Both the position numbers and the translations under genes were made by a program. Shown in pieces: positions 53,275 through 64,000 of a stretch of DNA of 64,000 nt. Numbering within the stretch: position 1 is the stretch's first letter; each line of letters begins with the position of its first letter. The stretch is from contig NC_068986.1 in assembly GCF_001194135.2 (NCBI RefSeq), positions 29,793,642 to 29,857,641 of the forward strand, read 5' to 3'. The stretch is from Octopus bimaculoides. Taxonomy: Eukaryota. The notes beneath the pieces were generated by a model. That model did no database searches, had not been told where the DNA came from, and was given only the letters and a program-made list of their open reading frames with translations.

Positions 53275-53654
53275 TGTTGTTGTTGGCACTCCGTCGCTTA
53301 TGACGTCGAGGGTTCCAGTTGATCCGATCAACGGAACAGCCTGCTCGTGAAATTAACGTGCAAGTGGCTGAGCACTCCAGACGTGTACCCTTAACGCAGT
53401 TCTCGAGGAGATTCAGCGTGACACAGTGTGACAAGGCTGACCCTTTGAATTACAGGCACAACAGAAACAGGAAGAAAGAGTGAGAGAAAGTTGTGGTGAA
53501 AGAGTACAGCAGGGTTTGCCAACATCCCGGAGCCTCGTGGAGCTTTAAGTGTTTTTCGCTCAATAATCACTCACAACGCCTGGTCTGGGAATCGAAACCG
53601 CGATCCTATGACCGCGTGTCCGCTGCCCTAACCACTGGGTCATTGCGCCTCCAC
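53275..53654 (-). mobile_element. SINE family C, full length with (CAA)n tail and TSD
   Basis: Reverse complement of the 46480 copy at roughly 90% identity by eye; 10-bp TSD ATG(G/A)ACTAGT (53265-53274, 53655-53664). Confidence 0.93.
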
Positions 53655-53903
53655 ATGAACTAGTACTAGCACTCCAATATATAGATGTATCTATATATGT
53701 TTGTTCATTTAATGTCTGCATTTTCAATGGTATGGAATGGGTGAGGACTATCTAAGGCAGCATTTTCATTTTTTCTCCTGTCACCAATTCTTATGTTTTT
53801 CAAGTGAAGAGCAACTAGTTGAAATGTCAGCAATGAATGTAAACATCACCATATGGCTCAAATTGTAACAAGCGAAAGGTGTGGAATATCAACATGTGTA
53901 TGT

Positions 53904-53975
<72 letters not shown>

Positions 53976-55113
53976 ATACACATACACATTGGGCTTCTCT
54001 GTAGGTTACCATTTACTTGTTCTACTCACAATACTTTAGTTGGTCCATGGCTGTCGTAGAAGTGGGAATGAACTTGAAACTGGTTGCGAAGCAAACTTCT
54101 TAACGACTGTGCCATTTCTGCACCTGTCTGGGACTTGAGTCAAGTCAACTGAGACTCCTGTTGCAATTGGCTTAAAATATATTTCACTACAAAGATCTTA
54201 TCATAGTAACCTATCTGTAGATATATATATGATTGTGTGAAGCCAATGTATGATAAATATTATCTTGTAGTGATATATATATATATACACAGAGAGAGAT
54301 AAGCATCACATTCAGTATTAAATCAATATTTAAAATGCTTACATATTATACACAAAGAACATTTCAAATTAAAATAGAAGTTGAGTATTAAAACTAATGT
54401 GTTTTATTGAGTTGGTCAATTAAGGTAATTTGTAAACTTCCATTAGTGAATGGATTGGTACAAACAATTCAAACTCTTCTTTGATTGACTTTTACACTTG
54501 TGACACCTACTTCAGCATTTTGGATTGATTATAAACCAATCTCTTTCGAAATGCCTAGGCCAAAGAAATTGCTATCATTATCATCATCATTTGGTCGTGT
54601 TGGTTTTGGGATACTGCTAGATTAGAGTGCTCAGTTTCGTACCTAATTCTTCTGTATTTAAATGTTATCACTTGGGATATATGAAACAGAGATCGGTTTG
54701 AGCAGGCTTATATCAGAAGGCATTTTCATTCAAGCACAGTGTAAGTAGGACTTCATTATCCAATGTGCCCCTCTTTTTTTTTTTAAAGACAATTGTATTA
54801 TTCTTTGAAGGGAAATTTGCTGCTATTTCTAGCAATTTGAGTGAGTTTAAACAATAAACATTCCATTTTGCAAGAAAACTCATCACATTATTACTCCTGT
54901 GTAGATGTGACCCACTGACTTATTTCTGGTTTTCTTTTTTGTCTGAAATTCCTTACTTATAGTTTCTAATCACCTTTTTAGCAGATTTTACTATTTAAGA
55001 TAAATACAAATCTATAACTTTTCCATTTTATAAAATTGCTTTTTATCTACAAATATTTTTTTTTATTCAGATTTTCTTGTTTTATTGTTGCTTCATTTTC
55101 CTGAGTTAAAAAG

Positions 55114-55215
55114 TTGTACGAGGATAACATTCTTTTTAAACATATTAACTCTACTGGTATTCCTGAATTGTATGAGGATAACATTCTTTTTAAAAATATT
55201 AACTCTACTGGTATT
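55114..55215. repeat. Local tandem duplication (48-bp unit, 54-bp period)
   Basis: TTGTA(C/T)GAGGATAACATTCTTTTTAAA(C/A)ATATTAACTCTACTGGTATT occurs twice. Confidence 0.9.
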
Positions 55216-55749
55216 GGCTACGCAAAAGGGAAACAAATTAACAGTTTATAAATCTATCAAACAGCTTCCCGTATTTCAAATTATTTAGTCCATTGCATTT
55301 TATTGCTTGATCTGCAAACTTATCAAACAGTTACATCCCATAGTATTATTTCAAGATTTCTGGGCAATATATGTCATCTGTTTTAAGAAGTCAATATCAA
55401 AAAGTGATGTCGTGTATTATATCCATTTATATGATGTATATAAAATATTAATTTTGATGTTTATACCGTAATAAACATCAATAACTTTTAAATTACTCTC
55501 TTTTTTTTTAATATTATATATTACTTGTTTACTAGTAAACATTTGGTTATCTCCTCCCCTATTTTTTTTTGTTTTATTAGGAAAAGTAATCATTACAAGT
55601 ACCATGATGACTGCTATTCATCGTTAATAGATTACCTATTACTGTTGTTAGAGACCCAGTAGATCTCTTTCCATTAGAGAATGATAATGATTTTGGTAAA
55701 TTTCCTAGACTATAACTTAGAATTTATTAACACTGAAGGTCAGTTTAAA

Positions 55750-55917
55750 CATTTAAACTGGCTTGATTCAGCCTCTCACACCTACCCTTCAATGTCATTC
55801 TAAAAATAACCACATCGTCAAAATCTTGAAGGTACGAGATACTCCATGATTAATTTTAAAAAATGCGGATAAATAACTATTATGTTTGATAAAGTAATCT
55901 GAATGCTAAAGGGTTAA
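55750..55917 (-). mobile_element. piggyBac-like MITE (family F), partial
   Basis: CAGCCTCTCACACCTACCC...AAAGTAATCTGAATGCTAAAGGGTTAA. Confidence 0.78.
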
Positions 55918-58900
55918 GACACCAAACTAGATACATTATTGTAACCATTTCTATGTTCTACTGTCTTGGTTAGTTCTGGTTCCTCTGCTTATATAGTAAT
56001 ATATAAAAACTGGATTCTGTTTTAGTTTTTTTTTTTCTATTTTTCTATTTGAATAGGTGTTGTATAGTCAACACTTGATAAATGCTTATGTTTATTTATT
56101 TATTTACTTGATTTATTTACTTGGAGCTATTAGTCATATTATTCAGGTTATCATAATGCAACAGGAAGACGTTGAGTAAATTAGTTTAGATTATAATCTC
56201 GGAACTCTTTACTTTGCTGACATGTAGTATTTTATTTACACTGACCATATCTCTCACTTGTGTCGCCCTATGTTTGCTGTTATGAAGACCATCTCCATTT
56301 ATTTATTTTTCAATGTTATTTCTATCTCCTAGGCACTTAAACCTGATGCACCTCACTCTGTACACAACCGACAGCTTTGTGAACACTGACTACTTGTTAG
56401 AATCACTTTCCAAACCATTCCCTTCTCTACCTTATTTAGTATGTGTGCGCAAGGCTTTGGTTTGGCTTACAAGCAAATAGACGTTTCTTACTATTCCAGT
56501 TTACAAAGCTAGTAGCGTCATCTCATTAAACACTGAAAAGTCACTTCAACAATTGCCAGCGTTTATTCTACACAGTTGGAGACTCCAAACAAACAGAATG
56601 CCATCTGTCCTATAATGTTTGTCTATCCATTTTCTCCTTCTCTGTTAGTTTTGTTAGTCTAAATTACTTGCTCTCATCAGTTTTTCTAAACTTTTTCTAG
56701 TCATAATAGTGTTCTTCATCTCATAAATTTTGTCCTTCGCTTTTGTCTACATTTTCTCTGCTTGTTCAGATGGCTATTTTTTTTTTTGTTTCTCTGCTGT
56801 TTTATCTTTTCTTTATCCAATAAATCTGTATTCTTAGCTCTTAACTCTTTTAGTTTTATTTGGTCATTTGTTTTGCAATTTCTGAACAGGTTTTTATTTT
56901 TATCGTTAAAAGTGCATTTTTTTTTTTTAATATATTTTAGAATCATTTCTTTACACTATACACACTGGCTATTTTATTCTTTGAAATAATCGGTTTTTTT
57001 TTGTCTTAATTTTCTATTGATATATATTATTTTAGGTCATCCTATTGTTCATTATCAGTTTACTATTTTGTTTTGACTGTTTTCATTGCTAACATCTAAC
57101 ATTATCAACACCTTTGACCCGTCTTAATTGGATTACATTGTTGAAATAATTACTAATCGCAAGTTATTAGTATTTTCAGTGATGTCTTTCAGTGGTGTCT
57201 ATGATGATAGGATCCATAAAAAACACCAAGCTTTTTCCTTCAATCCCCTTTGCTGTTCAGTTTGTCATCATTATTACTAATTTACAGCTTCACTTCCTTA
57301 CCGATGCTTCCATCCCATGACATCTGTTAGTACCGTTTAGTATATACATTTGTTAGTGTCATATAGTATAACTAACATTTGGTAGTATCAGTGTTTCAAT
57401 ATTATTTCACTTACACCTACTTAGCCATGTTGTTAAAGCAATTATCAGGAACATTAGACGTTAGGCTGTTATCTTCAGGTAATCTCTGTTGGTAGCACCT
57501 GACTAATGCACTGAATCAGTGACTGAGTAACTGCTGAGATCTTAGAATTACCCTCCTTGTTTCACCATTAAATTTGGTATATAAACAGATTTGATAACTG
57601 AAGGTACCAAACCCAAAGTAGTTGTATCAACATTACTACAATATTTTTTTTTTCTCAGCAGCATTGCATAAACCAAAAATATGTTTCTTTTTCTAGATAT
57701 AGAAGCCTTCTATTTTAAAAGTGAAAATGGGGGAAATTGCATTTATTACTAGTCTTAAGAAATTTGCAAATCTAGCTAAAGTGAAATGGTTTTAATATGA
57801 TGTGTAAGTAAAGTTAATTCCAGAAATATGTTGTTTTAATTTAATCTTTTTGTGGTCATATCTGTAATGAAATACACTATGTGTTGTTTCAATTAATTTT
57901 GAAAATAATCAAAAATTTATAGGGAAAGTAGTAAAATAATAAACTGGTGTTTGGAACATAAAAATTTCACATAGGATTAAGATGAAATGTTTTAAGCTAA
58001 ATCCAAATACTTCTACAACGAAAGGCTTCTATCGTTAGATGCAGAGGTGGTATCGAAAGGGGTTAACCAAAAGAAACCAATCTTGCTCTATAGAATATTA
58101 AGAGGATTAAAAGAGGAAATGAACTTAATTTTATTTCAATAGAAATTTACTGAAAAGAAATATTTTTGTTTTTACTTAATTGGTTTATATAGAATCAAGT
58201 TCAATCCTAACTAGCTGCTAACATTTGACTTGTTTTTTTCTTTTAAATTAAATCTGATTTTAGAGCTTAACCTCTTTTATTTATTTGTTGACTTTTTTTT
58301 TTTAATATTATGTCATTCCAAGTTTTTTCTGGAAATAGTGGAAAGCCTTTTTGAAAAGAAGACACATTTGTTAATCCATTTTAAGTACCTCACTGTTTAT
58401 CATGATTTTAAAATTTCTTTGTAATTTTATTCCTTCTATAAAATTTAGGGCTCTTACAAAGATCCCTATAATAATGTATTAGGCATTCATCACTCAAACA
58501 ATTGGGAGAATTTTCATGTGATGGTTTGCATGCTTAATAAAAGCAGGTTCAAAAAAGCAAATCTTTTCTTGATCTGTTTATTGGCAAAAATAGTTAAAGA
58601 GTGAAATTGGATGTAAAAAAAAGAAATTGGAATCCAGTGTGTATCTGATTTTATTTTGCGGTAGTTTTAAATTCTTTGCTCTTAAGATTTTTTTTGTGTG
58701 GTGATGGTGGTGGTGGTGGGGTAGATCAGTGAACAGAGAGAGATCAACTTTTCTTCGTTTACTTTCTTGATAATCCCTAAGATGAATTAAAATGTAAAGA
58801 AAAGTATATCGGTCACAAATTTCTAAAAAAAAGTGATTGCTTGTGTGCTCTGTAAAATTTTAAATTTTGTAAAATTTTTCTGAAAATTATATCCAATCTT

Positions 58901-59878
58901 TTCTATTTAAAGTTCTTGTTAATGTTGATTGAGGTTGCTGTACCTGTTGCATTTAAACACAGTTTCCTGGAATTTCAAATAAAAATATATTTTATTCATA
59001 GACTCTATCCTCATGTTTGTTTAGCTTTAAGAAACAGTTATTGGTATTTTTTAAACTATATCTCCTATATATTTTATATTTTCGGTTTTTTTTTTTGTTT
59101 TTTCATCTCCACAAACGAAAATAGCCGTAGGAGTGGAGAATCTGAATTTCTTTAGGTACCAATGTCAGTCAAAACCACACTGCATTCTGTAGAATGTTCT
59201 CAAGATGTCAACTTCATTGATTTTTGTTCAATACCTGCACAATTTCTATTTGAAGTAAAAAAATTACTTTCATATTAGTAGACAGGCAGTTTATTGTTTT
59301 TACATTCTGCTATAAATTGGGTTGAAATTATATATAAACTAATTCTATTATGTTGATGTAAATAGTTATGATTTTTTAATTTTTTTCTTCCTCATTGAAC
59401 AAATTTTTGTTTATCTATACTTTGTAAACAAAGGTTAGCCTTCTCTTTTTGTACTTTTCATATGCTGAAAAGTTTGTCATAAACTTTTCAATTTAAAAAT
59501 TTAAAGCTAGTTCTAATGAAACTTTTCTATTATACAAAAATCTTAATTCCATTTCTCTTATATTTTTCATATAAAATAATGTAAAGAATTTTACCTAATT
59601 TCTACAAAAAATAGGTGTACATAAGCATGTACTGTTTTTTTTTGTTTTTTTTTTTGTTTGTTTTTTGTTTTGTCCCCTCATCATTTTAATCACCCTACTA
59701 CATTCTGAAATATTTCACACATGTCTTAGTGCAAGTTGAAATTTCTTTTATATATTCTGATTCATAGAATAGTTGTCTATTGATAATCCCTCAAATGTTT
59801 TCATATATTTTGTCCCTAATTTTCTTATGTTTGAGGGGTTTTTGCCTCCAGCAGCTTAATGAAAAAATAACTTGGTTT

Positions 59879-59912
<34 letters not shown>

Positions 59913-62900
59913 GGGGGGTCATTAACAGTCCATATGTCCATCCTAGGTCAGGTTAGCTATATAGAGATAATTTATAGCACTGGGATCTGTTTCTGATAAA
60001 CATTTTATTTTTAATGATATCTGCTTGTGGAAAACAAAAATGTTTAATACAGACGTGAAGCGAGGTCATTGGATTTTCATCAAATTTGTCTACAAAAAAG
60101 AACTATAAAATTATTAAAAATCAAATAAAAATGGAAGCCCTTCATTGGAAGTCTGGAAAATCTGTTTGAGTTTTATTTATATTTACACAATGCTGTTAAT
60201 TACAAGTGGGATAAATATTGATATTCCCTCCTTTTTAGAAAGAAAACCAATTGTGTTTTTGACAATTCCTGCTTGGCATTGTTTACTTGTACTTTAAAAA
60301 AAAATATTTTATGAATAAAACTGCAAATTATACCATGATTAATGGCCATATTCCTGTGTGAGTTTCTCTCTTTTGACTATTGATATATATATATATATAT
60401 ACTTCCTTTTTTTTCTGGTTATCTCTTTTGTTGGTATCATTAGAATTTAACAATGCTACCGACAAGATGTTTTTTTCTCTCTCTATTTTTTTAATCATTC
60501 CTCACAGCTTGGTGAATAGCGTAGGTTTGATTTTTTTTTTTTTGTTCCCCCCTCCCATTACATGAGCAGCAATAGACCTATTGAAACTGGGTATTTTTTG
60601 TTCTACCACAGTTTAAACAAACACTGTTTGATAGCTTCTCATTTGATATACATAACTGACATACAAGTTAATAGAATTAATGCAACTTTCATAACTTGTC
60701 TTCCAAAAACCTCCTTTGCGCTTCTTTTACAAAAAAACAAAAGAAAAAAAAGTTTTTTCAGTCCAATTGTGCTCTGCTNNNNNNNNNNNNNNNNNNNNNN
60801 NNNNNNNNNNNNNNNNNNNNNNNNNNNNNNNNNNNNNNNNNNNNNNNNNNNNNNNNNNNNNNNNNNNNNNNNNNNNNNNNNNNNNNNNNNNNNNNNNNNN
60901 NNNNNNNNNNNNNNNNNNNNNNNNNNNNNNNNNNNNNNNNNNNNNNNNNNNNNNNNNNNNNNNNNNNNNAACATAGATTATTGGAAATGTTGCTTCCAAT
61001 CATAATTCTGCACAATTTAATTCTTTCCAAATTTGTTTTGGGGACATAAAACAGTGTGTAAACCAACCATACTTGAGAATGTTTTCCATGAAATACAGAC
61101 TTCCCAACTATTTTTTTATGTTCTGTTTTTCTTTGTTATTTTTGTGTTTCTCAATATTAGAAGTTTTAAGATGATCCATTAACACTTTAGCTGTGCATTA
61201 TGTCTTCCATCTGTCAAAATCAAGATATGTCCTTGTTATTTATATCTGAAAGAAACAAAAGAATTTTAAGATTGTTTTTTTTTTTTTTTAAGATTAAGCC
61301 TTCATATGAGTCTTCTTTTCCAGATTTAAACAAGTCTGTTTCAAAGACAAATTTATTAGGTTTTACAGAAACAATAATATATTTTCTCAATGAAAAGTTT
61401 CTCAATAATTAGTCTTCAAAGCACTTATGTGAACAAGTATTTGATTATGTAGTGAGGTTGTACAGAAAATCAGTGCTTTGACAGCAATGAATTAACCAAT
61501 TGTTTCTGGATATTGGCATCAATCCAGTTGCATGTCTGCAATAGTCTTTGTCTCTGAGACAGACCCTCTCTTACTGTTGTTACATTACTTAGCATAGTAT
61601 CTCTCTCTGTCTCACTCACACACACATACACACTTTAATCAGGTGATTAATTTCAATGTCCTCATAGAAGAATATAATTTTAGGTGAATAATACCATGAC
61701 CTCAAGAACCTACTTTATCTGTCGCCTTTTGAAATTTACAACCTAAATCTAGACTCCCTGCATGTCCTCGACTTCTGTTAACATTTTCTCCTTGCCAAAT
61801 TCACTCATGAAATTTCTATATCTTTATTAATTAACTGTAACTCTATACATTTGAAACCTGACATTGTCTCACATCACCTTTTGGTTTAAGAATGGCAGGC
61901 ATTTGTAAGATATAATTCCAAACAATTAATGTGCTATTACTTGTGACAGTTTCCTGTTTCACTCTTATACTTTATAGCTTAGTCTTCAACTGGTTACTTC
62001 TTTCTTTATAATAGCAAAGACATCTCTACACAAACTCACCATTTCACCCCCACCCTTATTTTCTTCTTTTTCCTCCTCTTACCTCTTGCATTACTCTCTT
62101 CAAAAATTATCTACCAATGAAAATGTCATTGCTAATTTCTCATCTTGGTTAACTTTTCTAGATCAAAGCCTCTAGCTAACTTTGGATGATTCCAAGACAT
62201 CTGAATCCCTCAAAAAATACCAGCCACCACCATTTTATAGCTTATTTGCATCGTAGAGTCTATGGTTATAAATAGCCATCATACAAGCTTGTAGAGGAAT
62301 TATACTGTGAAAGAGTTCTCAGACCCATTGGGACATAGAAAGTTCATTTTCTGTACTTTCTCTGATATATGCCATTAATATCATTTAGTTTGTTGAGAGT
62401 GAAGTATAATAATAAAAAAAAGACTTGGTATATGAAACAACTTGACATTGAACCTAGATTGTAATTTTGATAGCTCTCCTCCTTCTGTACACGTTTGTAG
62501 TGGCAGTAGGCTGTATTTAGATGTCACTACTGATTGTATGATATTTGTTCTTGAGAAGTTGTACAGGCTTTTAATTCAACTGACTCTATTGGGGAAAATT
62601 CTTAATATATTTATTTTATTAATAGGAGTGACTAGATAGTTTAAATAATTTTCCTTTTTCACAACGCTTTTAAAGATTTTCTTTCTTTACCTTTGTTATT
62701 GTCTTTACCCTGGAGCTTTTTGTTTTTGCTTTTTTCTTTTTGTATTGTTTCATTTGTGTTAACAAACGAGATAGATGTAGATAGAAAGATTGATGAATTG
62801 AATGTTTGTTTGGTCTGAATATATTGACTGTGTTAACAAAGATTCCCTTCTTAGCCAGTTGCTTCAATTGGTGTCTTCTCCAGCAACTGAATTACATTAA

Positions 62901-64000
62901 GTAGCAAGAATTCAGTGTGAAAATCAAACACTGGGGCTCACAGGAGTGTTATTACAAGATATTAGATGTTTGCCCCTGAAGTGCAAAGCTAATATTTGCT
63001 ACAATGTTGGTGTGGTATGATGAGGTAAGATGTGTAGACTCTTTCTCTGCCTCTCCTCTCTTCAGCTCTTTCGTCCTTGCTCCCCTTCTTTAAGCTTAAA
63101 TTGAAACCTTCATCTCCTCTTACACACACACACACACACACACACCTTCTCTCTTTCTCTCTCTCTCTAAATGAATGGAAAAGAGAGCAGATCTGTGCAA
63201 ACAGTCATCGGTAGTAGTACTTTTCTTAATGTTTGCTGATGGCCACTGGAATAGGATTAGACAGCCGTCTCCTTTGAGAAAAGATTTCTTTGCAGCTTCA
63301 ACCATTGAGCTTGTTTACTTCACCCACTTCCATGTCCCTTTCGAGCTCTGTATTAGTTTCTGGATAACTATAAGAGGGACACATGAATCACTCACACACA
63401 CACACACACACACTGAAACATATTTACTCTCTCTCGTTCACATCTGTTATTGACTGATGTTGCACCTATCATGACAAATGCAACTTTTCTTAACATCTTC
63501 TCTGAGTTGATGTTGTTTCTTGTCACAGAACAAGCACCCAGTTAACTATTAATACAAGATTAGTTAAGGTGGGTTGGTGTATAGTGTGTATTCTAAAATA
63601 TTTCTTTTTTGTCGTTGCATTTACTTTCTATATATTTTTTTTTAACTTGTCTTAGTTATTGAGTAATTCCATTGTTGACTAACCAGAAGACTATCAAACT
63701 TGATTTATTATTCATGCACAGGCTTTACATGCTTATGTACACCTATCAACTATATTGCTGTCCCTATCACACAAGTCCCCATAAGTGGAGGAGAGTGAAC
63801 GGGAATTGTGCACACACAAATTAATCTGCAAGCGTTGGCTGCTGTGATAATTTCCTGCCAAACTTTTTTTTAACAATAACCAAGGTTTTGAGTTACTGTA
63901 TATGATACAAACTAAAGCAAAAAAACTTTGATACTAGATTTTCTTAATATTCTCAAGAGATTTTTACATTCACACAAATTATGCTTCCTATCTTATATAT

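Noticed and set aside
55114-55215. CRISPR-like direct repeats
   Set aside because: Only two units with a 6-bp linker, eukaryotic context and no cas genes.
49348-64000. Downstream groucho CcN/SP/WD40 exons, including the GAG|GTAAGA donor near 63025 and the acceptor near 63528
   Set aside because: Candidate frames hit stops quickly and show no Groucho similarity (no DSDGDKS/LVVDV motif).

Overview
Animal genomic DNA that is AT-rich, full of microsatellites and broken by 11 N gaps. The SINE and MITE families look like those of octopus, so an Octopus bimaculoides-type draft assembly is my inference, not a database result. The whole window appears to lie inside one + strand gene, groucho/TLE (transcriptional co-repressor). 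Four coding exons are clear: 26888-26932, 44856-44918 and 48339-48413 (Q domain) and 49170-49347 (GP domain), all with canonical AG/GT ends. I did not find the earlier exons (start, KFT..., LKLECEK...) or the later ones (CcN/SP/WD40) by eye; they probably lie outside the window or in gaps. The rest is intron. It carries several tRNA-derived SINE families, RTE-type 3' ends, piggyBac-like, hAT-like and Tc1/mariner-like MITEs, a deleted DD37D (maT) transposon and a Penelope-like hammerhead motif. Nearly all of the supplied ORF track is microsatellite or gap artefact. I cannot demonstrate a new system. The best leads are RNA-level or regulatory: an inverted SINE pair bracketing two groucho exons, a CpG-retaining zone upstream of the third exon, a degenerate dimer-type hammerhead, a pre-miRNA-like hairpin and a possible AES-like short isoform. 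Alignments and counts were done by eye, and repeat boundaries are approximate.
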